Source: Marsupella aquatica (taxonomy: Eukaryota > Plantae > Marchantiophyta). Taken from it: a stretch of DNA of 64,000 bases. The notes below the pieces were generated by a model. The model was not told the origin of the DNA, made no database searches, and saw only the letters and a list, made by a program, of their open reading frames with translations. Positions 25,641-39,514 of the stretch are shown piece by piece (within the stretch, counting starts at the first letter, position 1; the number at the start of each line of letters is the position of its first letter). The stretch lies in the NCBI GenBank assembly GCA_973895155.1, contig OZ316892.1:19073457-19137456 (forward strand). Direction: 5' to 3'. Position numbers and translations under genes: made by a program.

Positions 25641-27943
25641 ATGACGGTGCGTTTCTTGCTTTCGTGGTCGGATTTTGCTTTGAACCTCGTCTTGCTTCGT
25701 CGGTCGCTTGCGCCTTGTCGCGTTTCGATTGTCGCGCAAGCGGATGGTCGATCAGCGCTGTGTTTCGGTTCAGTCGATGGGCAGATGTGATTTTGGAGAT
25801 GGGTTTGGGTCTTGGTGGCTGCTTCGGTTTTATTGATAGCCTTGGATCGATGTTGTTTTGTGGTATGGGGTAGTAGAATGAGTCAAGTGCTGCGCTGTGA
25901 TGTTTTCTTTCGCAACAGAAGGGGTTTTGAGCATAGCTGGTCGTAGAGATGGCGATTTGTCGTGCGTTCTGCAGTTTTGATGCAACATTTCTGAGTGAGG
26001 TCGTTTCTTGATTTCTGTCTTGGGCCTTCGAGAATGAAGTTGGGGGTCAACAATGCCATCGATCCTGTTGCAAGGGATTCACTGTTTCTGTTTCTCTTTA
26101 TCATGCTTTTCAGGGAGATCACACTGTTCGGGTCAGTAACGTGTCGCTCCAGGCCACTGAGCACGATATTCGAGACTTTTTCTCCTTCTCCGGGGAAATT
26201 GTGCATGTCGAGCTTCAAAGGTAGGCTTTGGTGCCAACGTTAGGTCGGCCTTAGGTCGTCCAACTTGTACTCCTTCGTCCACTTGAGAGGTTTCGCTTTT
26301 ATTCACTGATCATGGGGGATTGTGAACGCAGAGACGAAAATTGGTCACAGGTGGCGTTTGTGACATTTCAAAATGCCGACGCGATGGATACAGCTCTTCT
26401 GCTTTCTGTGAGTATCAAGATTAGGTTTTGTACCCCGATGATTTAGAAGTTTAAAGGTTACGAGGTTTGGTCTGCAGCAGAGCAAGAGCCTGATTTCAAT
26501 TTTACTTACATTCTTGCGCATTCTTCGTCTCTAGCGCCGGAACATTTGTGTCATGTCTCCAGATGGATCCTCGATGAACCCTTTTCCAGAACTGAGCTCT
26601 TCTTGATTGCAGGGAGCTACAATTGTGGATCAATCTGTGACGATCATTCCTATGGAAGGATATATCTTGCCGACTGCTCGAGAGGAGGATGATGTTTTGG
26701 TACGGATTTATGTCTGCTTGCTGTCATGTCGTCGGTTCGGATGAGTTTTCATGTGACGGCATATTGCTCGTATCTCTTTTCATAATAGTATGATTGACAA
26801 TTGGGTATGATCTCTCATGGAGGACATTTCACTACAGGACGCCGTTTTATTTGGACAAGAACTTTCGAGATCTTTCTTTTTGTTTTGCTTTGGCGATGTT
26901 GATAGTATGTTCCTGCAACAGGGCTCGTGTGGCATAGTTTTGCAGACTAGACGACATTCTTAGTTAGAGGCCCTACATATTGATATCATCTCCGTTCTGC
27001 CATGTTTGGGGGATTTGCCTATAGCCTAGGAATCCCAGTATGCCAGTCGGGGTCCTGCCACCTTTCCTTTTTGCATTTTCGATGATCGTTTTTAGTTTTC
27101 TCCCCCGGGACTGGTGCTCGCATGTTCGTCCACTGTTCAGCCGAGTGGGCTTCGACGTGCCCACCTCAGCATTGGATCACTACGTTCGTTCGATGGGCCT
27201 ACTCTTTCAAACTTTTCTGAAATTTTGTGCATATCTGAGTTGAGTAACTTTGGAATCTTGTGCTGCTGTACATGTCATAATTTCTTCGTTTTGATATGTT
27301 CGATTTTCAGGAAGGTGAAGATTATAACCATTCAGTTGTCCCTGAGAACAAAGCAACAGCTGCTCTCGCTGATGTTCTATCCAAGGGTATGTTGATGGGC
27401 AAGACTGCAGCGACACAAGTCAAACAATTTGATGAGAAGCACGGGTTAAGTGCCACGGCCGTGGCAACAGCGTCAACAGTTGACCATAAACTTGGGATAA
27501 CGGAGAAGTTCAGTGCCGGTACTCAAGCTATTAATCAGCAGCTACGGGGTGTTGACGAAAAGTATCAGGTTTCTGCAAAGACGAAGTCAGCGTTGGCCGT
27601 TGCCGAAGAGAAGGCGAACATTGCAGGCTCTGCCATTATGAAGAACAGATATGTTTTGACTGGAGCGTCCTGGGCTGTTGGTGCCTTTGGTAAGCTTCGC
27701 CAGGCCGCAGGCGAAGTTGGCCAGAAAGCTAGAGACAGAACTTCAGGGGGATATGCTCCTGAACAGGTAGCTGAGCCATACGGAGGTTATTCAAGGGTGA
27801 ATACTGGAGAACCTGCCGCCATTTCCTTAAATTCAGCAGCAACTTCCCGTGGTTATGAATATGAGACACACCAGTATCCTTACTCGGCACATTCAGGAGG
27901 GGAATCCACTAAGCCACCACCAGCCGATGGGTTAATTCTCTAA
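25641..27943 (+). CDS. RRM-domain protein, BPA1 (binding partner of ACD11)-like family, 5 coding exons
   Basis: Exons: 25641-25646 (ATGACG|GT; this start is inferred), 26114-26220 (TVRVSNVSLQATEHDIRDFFSFSGEIVHVEL), 26332-26407 (AFVTFQNADAMDTALLLS), 26613-26699 (GATIVDQSVTI), 27311-27943 (LSKGMLMGK...FDEKHGLS...GITEKF...VDEKYQVS...MKNRYVLTGASW...PPADGLIL*). The architecture is typical of plant BPA1-like proteins. Confidence 0.9.
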
Positions 27944-30022
27944 GGAACTTGTGGTGCAGGGCAGAATGTTTCTGTAAATAGAATTGCAAATCACTATACG
28001 AATAGTCTGTCGGCCACAATCTGGAGCTCTGTCGTATTTTGCCACATTTCATTCAATGGATATTTCTCGTGGATGTATATAGTTGTACAATAAGATGGTT
28101 GTTCCATCTGGATGGATGAAGGCCGAGGATTCGTAGAATAGGTTTAGTATCATTACCCTTTGGGGTCTTCTCCAATAAGACGCGTTAATTTACTGCCTGC
28201 TATTACTTGCTGAACGCCTTCTGCTATGGGTTTAGCATAGATGAAAATCATGTGCATCATTGCCGTGAAAATTTACCTGTATCTTTTGGACCAGTAACGT
28301 CGTAATTCGAGTAACCTTTTTGTCATGTGGCGTAGTAACTGTTGCATTCATGTCTGTCGAGGCTGACCTCAATCTCGTCTAAAGCACTGAAAGTAGTCCT
28401 GTGCATCAGGCACCTGGTGCATCACTGGGATAAAAGAATTCCAGAAACTGAACGGGATCGAAGTTCTATGCGAATACCAATACTTAATTTCTGGGTTCTT
28501 TCTTGGGAAAATTCGTAAGAGAGAGCTCGTTGGGTAGGAGATTAGTGACCTATGGGACTGGTTAAGCGATTGTAGGCCATGTTAGTGTTGTACAGTTCCT
28601 CAACGGCCCACAAAGTAGTACTCTTTGTAGCTGGTGGACGATGAATTTCGGCTGAATCCAGGCTATGGGAACGATATTCTTGGATGGAAATACCTGTGCA
28701 GCTGTGGAGATTGAGCAGTTATATTGTGGCAGTGAAGGTATCCCTACTGACATATTAAGGAGTCAGACCGTCCAAAGTACTCCAGTCTGTTGCTGCGTCA
28801 AGAGGAAATCTATAACCCTGATCGGATGCCCATGTAGTGTCAAGCGAAGCTCCAGAGGAGAAATAGTTCTACCTGAAAAATCAATTGGTGAGGGCAATGG
28901 ACATTATTACTTCGGGAAATAGTACGAAGTATCGATAACTCTTAGCAGTGGAGAATCGTTCATGCCTGAACCTGAAGAGGGGAGAGTACTTTGGGACTTA
29001 GTACGAAGTATCTATAACTTGTAGCCTACGATGAAAAGGGGGCTCTACAGTTTAGGGTTTACGCGTCGATGGAGGGGAGAGAATAGGTGATCTTGTTCAA
29101 TCCGAGTTATTCCGGGCCTCCGCGAGTGATGCTCTTAGAAAGACAAACCAATCTTCCACACATTCGATTGAGAAACAGTTTTGTGTACTGAAATTAAGTG
29201 ACTTCATGCGCATGGATCGATGACTAACATCAGTCAGGAAACGTGCACTTTGAGTTGTCAGTACGACCGCCTGGACAAAGTATTGGGCTTCCACGGGATT
29301 CATAATTTCATCTGGCCTCAACAAGTGAGTCCGCTGCATTAATGTGCTACATGAACAATTCTGAGAACACTCCAGGCATTACACGTGGAAGGGTGAAACT
29401 TGTAGAGCTGTGTTGAGAAGTACACTTGGCAAGTGCATAGCCGGCGGAACTCGTCCACCTTTTGTGGGATGTTTTCTCATGTCCTGCATTCAGAAGGAAC
29501 GTAAGCTACGTAAACCAAACAAGGAGCATCCAGATGCCGACGAAGGGTGCATGTGCTCCAAGAGTTGAGAAAACTAAAAGAAACATATATTACGTAAATG
29601 TTCAGTCATACAGAAGAGTTCAGAAAGCAAGATTCACAACAAACGGGAGATACGATCAATGAATAGATACCGATCAACATCTCAACTAGACCCAGTTGGG
29701 CTGCAAAAAGCAGGAACTGTGGGAGAGAAAGTTGCCTTATGTTCAACACGTTCAGTGCAGTAACATTTTTTCGTTTGTTGGTGTGGCAATCGTGGAACTG
29801 GTAGTGGGTCGGGGCAGCCATCTATCTTCCGCACATTGGTATCACTTCTCTGAAATATTTCTGGTTCTAGTAGTGTATGGGACTGGTTCTCATCCACAGG
29901 CATTTCAAGAGAGCGACCGGCTGCATGGAGAAATCGATTGCAAGAACAAGTCTCAGTTGATTTGATCAATACAGCAATCCCCAAACTGGCTTTTATTACT
30001 GGTTTTTTACCTTCAAATTCGA

Positions 30023-33000
30023 TCACTCTGGAGGACATCTAGACAGAACAGCACACCCGATAGCTCCATATGCTTCTGATAAAGAATGTGTTAAACTATA
30101 GCTAGTGGAAATAGTAGCAGTAAGGAAATTACAGAAACAAAGGGATGCTCGTTTCTCAAATTGTCTGGTTGGTGCTCCTGATGCTGGAGCCTGTCCTTGA
30201 ATTTTTTCCCTGAAGCGCTTTAGCCGCTGCTCTGGATCTGTATCGAACTCGCGAGAAACTCGTCAGCAGTTTCCTTACACAGTAGTTTGTGGGGAAGAGA
30301 TTCAAGCAAGTTTTACTCGAGTTGGACCATAGGTCAAGCAATGTACCTGTTTACTCAATGATCTCGTTCAAAAGAACTGCTATCAGCCTCGTCCATTATT
30401 TGAGGAAGCTGGGGTTGCTATGCCTTTATTTTGGAACGATCGATTCCAGAAATTGAAAGGAGACAACAGTGAGTTGGGACGGAGAAAGGTACCTTGCAGT
30501 ATGTGTTCATGAGCAGCATCTTTTGCTTGTTGCTGTCTTTTTTTCCTGGCTTTGAGAAGCGCTTTAGCCGTTTTCTCATCTTTGAATCCCCTGAATAGCA
30601 TGACCCAGTCATATTGTCATAATAGAGTTTATCTACAAGCTTACCGCCAAAGTTAATCTACCATGCTAGACACTTTGACAATGAGATCATTTCCCTACGA
30701 ACATCTCTCACAACGAGAGTATATATTCAAGTTGTATCAAATGATGAGTTCCTTCTTTCGGTTATAGAAGGCAGTTCGTTCACGTCTGGTGTTACAACAG
30801 CAGAATAAATCCTTTGAAGTGCAAGCTCTGCTGGTATACTACAAGTAAGATCATAGGAATGGCACAATGCAGGACCAGTCTTTGGCTAGTTCATCGACTG
30901 GTGCTCTCTTCTTTACTTCTGCTGCTGATATGGTTGAACCATCCGTTACAATCTGTGAAGGTGCAGAACAAACAAATGTAAGCTAGAGGTAAGTATGATC
31001 ACTACCCAAGCTTGGAAGCTCATTAAAGGGTATTTTTGGAGATGTCGTTGTCACATGAAACACAGACCTTCTGGAAGTGCATCCGACGTCAAGGAAAGAA
31101 TTTGCTGCTAAGAAGTTCAAATTAAAATCTTCTACGGTAACGGCAAGGTATCTACTAACTGAGATTTTGGTAGTGCCGTTACCGCGGAGACTTTTGTGGA
31201 TATTGAGCCCGCTACTTCATGACTCTCTGGACAATTTTGGGAGTGGCATATGCCTTCTCCAGGGCGGCAGATTTCTCAACGGAGATCCGGTTGCACAGCG
31301 ATCAAATTTGTTCCAGTTTTTGCTATTGAAGGGGAGTTGTGAAAATAGAAATACCAAGATACAGAATACAAATATTCGTACATGATCTTTGGGGTCCGTT
31401 GAGGATAATGAATCCCCCTCCAGATGTGCTTTGACAATTTTCGATACTTCCTCTTCTGAAAAATCAATCCGTTCTGAAACCGAATCATCGAGATGCAGGT
31501 CTAAATTCGATTTGATCCCTATCCTCTCCAGTAAGTCCGTGATATCTTTCTTTTCATCTTCCTCGTTTGCTTCTTTCTTTACAGGCTCTTCTAATATTTC
31601 AAGACCTGTGGACTTGTCTTGAATTACGAGCTGGGTAGCACAAATTTTATCCTCTGATGATATTAGGTGTTCCGTCTCTTCCGGAACAACGGTGTCAGCT
31701 AGAACAGTCGCCTGGCTAACTTCGACACCATGGCTGGCATCAATCTCATCCTTGTGGGCCAAAGGTGCAGTACAATCTGCATCTTTAGGGTGATATTTAA
31801 GTGGGCAAGGCAGCTGGTCGGCCTCATGAAAATCGTCAGTTTTCCACCTTGCTATGCCTTCACCGTCGTTAACGGCAAGGGTCTGATTGTTCTCGGTCAT
31901 AGTTTTAGACGCAGATGCAGATGACTTACTCAGTGCAGAAAGTACACGCTCGTTGGGTTGGTACAATGCAGACAGTGCTACTTCCCCAGCAAGGAATTCA
32001 CTCTCATCAACGGGCTCATACTCAAAATCATCATCGTCCAAGTATTTAGCCATGTCAAGTGCCTGTCGAAACCTTCGCCTTATACAATACCCCCGCCAAC
32101 GGGCTTGAATGGAAACTGCTGCAGAGAATCGTTTTCCTTGAAGAATGTCAACAGGATAAGCTCGTCTTACTTTCCAGCCCCTCCAGAAGGCCTGTATCTT
32201 ACAAGCACATTTATGCTTTTGACGCATCGCACACTTCTGTTCCCTCAACAACTTAGTTCGAATTCTGGTCAAGTGACCTCTTACAAGAGCTTGTAATTTC
32301 ACCACCCTCCTAGTTTGACTTTGTGCCTGCAATTTGTACTCTTTGTTCTCGATGTAAACTTCTCTACCCCTGTTAGAGTCAAACTCAGTATGCTCCTCTA
32401 GACACCACTCCAAGTTAGATTCTCCTACCTTATTAGAGCTTAGTCGCTCAGAAGACCGATTGAAGAAGGGAACAAAAGGACCAGAATTCTCATCCAGATG
32501 GTCTCTAACTGGATCACATGGAACATTGTGGTTCCCTTCTTTAAGGGTTCTTGCAGTGCATGTTTCTTTTGTAGCTGCATGCAGTCTCCCTTTGAGGTCA
32601 ACAGTCATTTGTTGATATGCAATCATGTTACCTCTTGCTTCCAGCTCAGATTCTGAAAAGTTGCGTAGGCCTTCAAACTTCACCATCTCCGCATTCACAG
32701 CTAAGAGATTTTTCATGATCGAGCTTGAAGATGCTAACCTTTTGGCTTCTGATAAAACTTCCCACAGAAAGCATTCATCTGCTTCTCCATTCAAGACGTT
32801 ATTGACTTCCTGTTGGGGCACGAACTGGCAAGTGTTACGATCTGAATCCTCTACGCGGTTAAGAGCACATCTGTGAGGACCTGAAGCGCTGGCGAAACCA
32901 CGTAGAAGCACTTCACCTCTCGATAGTTTTTCTTTCAGGAATTCTAAGCCAACCACGTCCATAATTTTCTTGAATATCTTGGTAACTGCGTTTCCCCTTG

Positions 33001-36000
33001 AAGCTTTTGCAACTGCTTCATTGTCAAGTTCTGCGAGCCATGGGACGGCTTGCAGTACACAAGTGGTATGGTCTTCTTGCTCCGAAACTGGATTGTCGTT
33101 CAACTGCAATGATCTCAGGCATGGAAAGCAAGATAGATGTCGTAGCTGAGAAAGCTCGGATATACTGTTGAAAGAGAGATCAAGCACCTGCCTTAACACA
33201 GCACAAGTCCACAAGCACCAACACCTGAGAGGTGACTTGTTTCCTTTCCAGAAAAGCTTCACAGAGATGGAAAAATTTGAATTGCCACAAATTGAAAAGA
33301 CGGTAAACAGGTCATCTCTATGTAGACGTCTTGATGGTGACGTCCCTTTCTCTCAGGAATGGTACACAAGTTTTTCATTCAAGCGTCCATAAGCCACGTT
33401 TGTTAGCTAAAACATGCTCAGTGCTTTCTTTTCCCTCCCTGCATATGCACCAGGAATGGTTTGAACTCCAAAGAAATTTGTTTTACAATTTCTGAACGTA
33501 CAAGTATTAGTTGTATGAGATCTTACTGTATACCTCCAGAGCTGGACAACCCCACAAAGACTCCAACGAATCAATCATATTGTCCTGCAGGTAGAGTCTC
33601 TGTAAGCTAGGCAGCCATGCCCTGCACGACAGCCTCTTGATAGCGTTACCATTTAACCAAATCTCACGTAACAGTACACTGCCAAAATGAGTGGGAAGCT
33701 CTCTCAGCTTGTTTCTTGATGCTACCAGTGATGCGAGCTCTGGGCAGTTCTCCAAGCCCTTCCACAAACTCCTGCCTTGCAAACGGTTCTGACCAACATC
33801 CAGAACCCTTAAATGACGTAAACCAGTCAACGAATTATCTTCAGTGCCTCCCAGAGAAAAGATCTGATTAGATCCAACATCCAGCACCTCCAAGTTGGGA
33901 CACAAATTTCCTATTTGCAAAATTTTGGTGAGCCGATTGCGGCCAACAGTCAAAACCTTCAGTCTTGGCCAACAATACTCAACCATAGGAACAAACAATC
34001 TATGCGGCTGGCTGCAACAATCCTTACTCTTTACATTGATATGTGGGTTTCCTTGTTTCTTTCCATTTTCGTTCGCTAAGATAGCACTACTAAAGTGGAA
34101 ACCAAGTTGGGATAGCAAGTTTCCATCCAAATGTAGCGCATTTACTTTACCAAGACATTCCAAACCATTCATGTCTCGCAGCAAGTTGTCTTTCACTGAT
34201 ACGTGTTCCAGACGGTCCTCGCCACCCTGGAAGGCTCCCCTTAAAGTCGTCAGCTTGTTCATGTCAACTGTCAAAAACCTCAATCTTGGACACCAGCGAA
34301 AGATTTGACCTCTCCCTAGTGCCTTTAAGTGCTGATCAGTCAGGTCTAATTTCATTACCCAACTCAACTCTGGCCCCGCACAGCCGGAATTTTTCTCAAG
34401 AACTTCCCTTGTTAGAATACTCTTCTTCGAATTAACTTTTTGGTGTTCAAGCGTCTCGCTGGGGTGGGGCTGATCGACACCTCTCAAGTCCTCTTCACTT
34501 TCGGAGAGTTCAGCGGATCCCTCCTCTGGTTCTCCACTGTCTTTATCTGAGTTCAAGCAGCCAGCTTGCCCGTACCCAAGATCAACACTCTCCGTCAAAT
34601 TCTTCGTTATATTGTCCCTTGAAAATTTTGTAGGTAAGGAATCATGTTCCCGCCTGGAGTACCCTCCTTGCTGCAAGTAGTTAGAATGATTATTTCCTAG
34701 ATTCCTAAGATTGAAGGCATGCTCCTGCCAATCCTGTTGCAACCTATTAATCTCTTGCCAATTTTGGGGCAGCGACCATGGTCCTTTACTTTCTGGCGTC
34801 ACAGCGGCTCCAGATACCATGGGGAGGGAGATACCCGACGGTACTGAGAATTGATGCGAGTTGCCGGATAACTGGCTTTTTGAGTCATCACTTACAGGGT
34901 TAGCTACTTCGAATGAACTGTCCTTTTCATTGCAGAGTATCAACGGTCCTCCGGTGTCATTTGCTTTGAAGGTGTTCGCCCAAATTCTCTGTAGAGATTC
35001 AAAGCTTCTGCCTGCACCAAGTGTCTGTCGCAGCTCTGCTAGAGTTCGTGAATCCAATCCAATCTCTGCCCCTTCCATCTCCACTCTGGTCCAGTCTTGT
35101 TCTTTCGAATCTTGTTCATCGTCGGCTCTTGAAATACATTCCACCACAATGGCTCTTTTGAAAACTTGCAACACCCTTTTCAGTACAACTTTTAGCGCCA
35201 CATTTACATCGAATTGCATCCCTAATGAGATTGCGTTCTTAAACAGCACGACATACTTCTCTTTGGTTCCAAGTTTAGCTTCTCTCTTCAGAGACGTTCT
35301 AACCAGTTTGATTTTTCTCTGAAAAGATTTGGAGAAGACTTTTAAGGTATCTTCCAACCCGAGATTCTTTGCTTTGCGCATCCAATAGCTGTAATTACGC
35401 CTAGAGGCTTTTAGAATTGATACCTCCAAGTTCGTATGGATTTCCTTCTCTCTCGCAGACATGACTGCTTCTGCGACTGTAGTAATCGGGAACATCTCCA
35501 ACCTTCTAGCGTCTTCAATTGCTATTTCTATCTTGTTTTTGGTAGTCTCCCATCCGTGCACCACCTGCTCTAACCAGCTTTGAACATTTGCCTTTCTTTG
35601 GATGAGCTGAGCTTCAACTTGACTTGCTTCATCAATCACTCCGTACGATGTTGCAAGAGCTAAACAAGACTTGAAGTCCTGCATACTACCAGATTCTGCC
35701 AGGCCAGTTAACATTGCCAGAATCTCTTCAGGTGACTGACTCCTTACGTGTATACCATCTTGGGACGTAATATTTGATCCATATTCTTTCTGTTCTCCGC
35801 GCTGCTGGTATTCCTGCCCATGAATGTTTGTAGTGGCATAAATAGGTAGTAGAAGACTAACAAGAGCATGAGCGTTTTGATACTTCAGGACTTGGTAATT
35901 TCTTCGGCAGATGAAGCCCCTAATCCATGACTGGATTAGGACACAGCACTTGACACAGTGGTCGTCAGGTGAAGTTTTCTCAGCTTGTTCATGCTTATCT

Positions 36001-39000
36001 TCCTGTCATCAAACAAGGAGAAATACAGACTAATGTCAAGGGTAGTTACTGACAAAATGGCCTCAAAACGAGAAAGGAAAACGGTAGAGTACACTACCAG
36101 AAAGTTTTGGCTTTATCATTTACATTACAAGGATTCATGGTTATGACCGATGGGCACCTACTGGAGACAATAATGCAGCTCATAGGATGTGTACCTGATC
36201 AGATGTCAAAGCATGAGTTTTGCCTTCTTCAAATCTTCTCAGTTCCTAAGACAATTATTTTGTCAGACAGTGCTGAGCATATGACAAAACAATTGATACC
36301 ATAAGAAGCAGTCCACACAATACAATATCTGACCATATTCACAGCAACGAACTTGAGAATGCAAATCTGCTCAAGTGATTGGAGTTGAATTGCGCAGCTG
36401 TTACTGATGTGTTATATCAAGGCTACAATATTGTTTTTTGTGAAGTCTGAAGTGTCCTTTACAACAGAGCATACCCTCCCACAAGGAAGACTGACATCAA
36501 CCTATGTTCTGCAACTCATCTTCCGGCTGTCCTAGACGATCTGCTGGAAAGAGAGTGACTCACCAGTTCCTCGTCTTGATGCTTGTTGGTATCTACCGAA
36601 TCAATTACAGATCTGGATCTGCATTCCATGTCCAGTAACTGCATATCTAGATCACGTTCTTCAGTTCTATGTAGGTCCTCGAACAACCTGAAATACATTT
36701 ATTATATATCATGAACTACGTTGCACAGTTTACACGCCAAGGCACAGCCAAAAGTTGGGTCTGAAATAAATTTGGAAAACCTATAGAAATCCTGACGTCA
36801 TGGAGCTTAAAAAATGTGAGGAAAAGAATTAAACAGCGTGGGTGGAGAAACAACAGCACAACAGTCGAAGCACCATAAAATCAGAAAAAGATCCTCTACA
36901 GCCATTACTCAGTTTCCTTCTGTCGTTCTTATCCTCATCAGAGACTGACAAGTCAACTGGCCAGAAAGGGGCGCGTCAGAGATTGACCCTAAAAAGACAC
37001 ATTCTCCGCTCTGATTTATTAATTTTCCCTTTGGGTGTGTAGTTTCCTTACCCAACCACCGTCGAACTAGAAATGACAGGCAAGCCTCTCAATCTTTTCA
37101 TCTTTCAGTAATAGATGAATGGCTCTAGCAAGACTGTGATATGCTCAAAAACTTTGCTTTTGGCGGTGATCTCCATCATGAGGATCTGGCTACGTGGCAT
37201 GGCTGGAGCCCATGGGGTTTTAGTTAATTCCATTCTCAATACTAAAAGAGTCTTATTGAAAAGCGTCGCTTGGCAGGTATAAGGCCAAAATGCGATGTGT
37301 AAGTAGACTCACTCGATTCTTTTTGCCAGCTCCAAATCCAACAGAGCAATCTTCTCTTGCTTTTCCTTCCATATTTCATTCTACATTGAAAGAGATGAAA
37401 CATGCACAAAATTAGCAACGACAATTCACGAGTTCCTAACAGAATGAAGTGATTTCAAATTGCAGAGATCCTCAACGCACAATAGGGTTCTGAAATCATG
37501 ATTAACCCTTATATATTGCACATTGATCGGAACTCAAACCTTTAGGCTAGTACTATTCGTCATATTTTGGCATGTCTTGTGTTGGTAAGGACAAGGCCAA
37601 ATGTGTTTTTCATCACATCAAAGTAGGGCGGAAGAGATCATAAGAGGAAATTTAAGATAAATGAGGAAAAGAGTACCACAGAACAAAAATTTCAGAGAAT
37701 AATCAGAGCCACGATTAAATGTGAATCCCTGCAGTATCTTGAAATCATCCTTGCTCCTCAATTTATGATTGAACTTCTGAACAAGATTATTCTCTTTCCA
37801 AAAGACTCAGGACATGAGAAGCGAAATATGACAGCAGTAGGCCTTCCCTGTTTCTTCCTCACCTTCACCTTCACCCTAACTGGTTCCCACTTATGTCCAG
37901 AGAAAGACTCGTAAAGGCAGGGCCACAAGGGTGTAGGACGTCCGTGCGGTTGGAATTTTCCTCTCCACCGTCTTGCTTTCGTTTTGTATAGAGATGAAGA
38001 GATATTGTACAGCCTGTAGACTTTTTTCGTACTACTTAACTAAACACTGTATCAAGCCTAGAGATCACTTTCATCAAGATGGTGGAACAATAACAGAAGA
38101 AATGGTTTACCTTCCTAAATCCTGCAGAATACGAACAATCAACCCGGAAATGAAACGGGAGAACAAATTCAAGATAGCGAAGGAAGTGCACTTAGTTTCG
38201 TCCAATCTTTCGAACAACAGACTGACTACAACTCTAATCCCCCAGACTAAACTTGTGACAAGTACACGCTCCCACGCCTCAGAAACACTGTCCTCTGAGC
38301 TACACCAAGGGCGATTCAAATACGGCAAACAGAAGTTTCAAGTGGCCTATGGCTCGGCTTTTGAGAGGGACCAAAGATACAAACAAATCAGTCACAAATC
38401 TGTTGATCTGCGGAGAGATCGTGACGATTTCCAAATTGAACCTCGTGCAGAAACGGAGCCAAGATCTCTGTCTGGCATGCCGTAAGATTTCTGGGATGAT
38501 TATAGTCACAAAAGTCAAGTATTCAGCTTTTCAGAACGCTCCTCGGAAGCTTGGATCATGTATCAAGTTGCCATTAATCCACTAGAGGAGTATAAGAACG
38601 GTCACGGCACTTGCTAAGGTGTGATCGTTTTGGAAAAAGGGAAAACAGAGGAGCACAAAACAAGAGAAGAATGAAGGTTCTTACAATTTTGAGAGCTTAC
38701 TTCTAGCTCCTGGCGCCTTTGAGAAGCCAAAAACAATATTCTCCTCGACTCTTCAGTCTCTCTTTGTCTCTGCAGATTCTTCCGATCTAACCTTTCTGCC
38801 TCCGCTGCGCTGTGTTCTTCAAGCATTCCCATCCTCTTCTTTCTTAGCATGCTGAGAGTGTCCTCGTAATCCATAGAGCAACAAGGGAAGTCATTCTCTT
38901 CCTGGTGTGATTTTGTACTCTTTTCATCAGCCCGGTCAAAGCCCTCCGAAGTATAGTTGGACTTTAAAATTTTAGGCGTCGTCTCGTGCTTTTGCAATTG

Positions 39001-39514
39001 CAATTGCACACTGCATTCTGTCGATTTCTCCACTTGTTCAGAAATTGCAAATCGTGCGCAACCGATATCAGAACTTGATAGTGGCAAATCACTGGGGCAG
39101 TGCTGAGAGAAAGTCGACGAACTGGTTGATGTTTCTCCCACGGTCATCCTGTTGATCTGCGATAAGTTCATCTCCTTCAAAGTTGGTTCTGCGTATTGGA
39201 AATTAGGATCGACTAGACAGTGAACCTCGTATGTGTCTTGAGGATCGTAGGATGTTCCGGGCATTGGCTTTTGCACTTGATCAGTGATCCTGTCGAGGAT
39301 ATCATACTTCGATCGTGGTGTCCCCGTCAACATCGTCTCGAACGAATGCAGTTTCCTCTCTTTGATCCGCCAATCTTCGAGAAGTTTGTGCAAAGGGTTG
39401 CCGGTTCTATCAGCATCGTCGGCTGGCCAGCTTTCCTCGGCTCCTGCACACCGTAATCTTTATTAGGAGAGTCACCATCATTTCTTAACCATCATTTCTT
39501 AGCTCAATTTGCAT
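30023..39514 (-). CDS. Leucine-rich repeat and IQ-motif protein, LRRIQ1-like (probable cilium/flagellum-associated)
   Basis: Phase-compatible exons: about 39450-38701, 37380-37314, 36687-about 36563, 36002-33534, 33187-31382, 30952-30876, 30590-30493, 30237-about 30023. Domains: N-terminal IQ (IQSWIRGFICRR), about 10-12 LRRs (e.g. LEVLDVGSNQI, LQRLYLQDNMI, LRSLQLNDNPV plus cap), three further IQs (LQALVRGHLTR, IQAFWRGWKVRR, IQARWRGYCIRR), DDDDFEYE, and spliced C-terminal W|GFKDEKTAKALLK...DPEQRL, which resembles animal LRRIQ1. The start exon and last exon are uncertain; the 3' end may extend to 29682. Confidence 0.8.

Noticed and set aside
24990-25873. ORFs of 85-163 aa upstream of the RRM exons
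   Set aside because: These come from low-complexity CT-rich 5'UTR and intron sequence of the BPA1-like gene.
37973-38485. 170-aa plus-strand ORF as a nested antisense gene inside the LRRIQ1-like intron
   Set aside because: It has a non-ATG start and no motif or recognisable homology; there is insufficient support.
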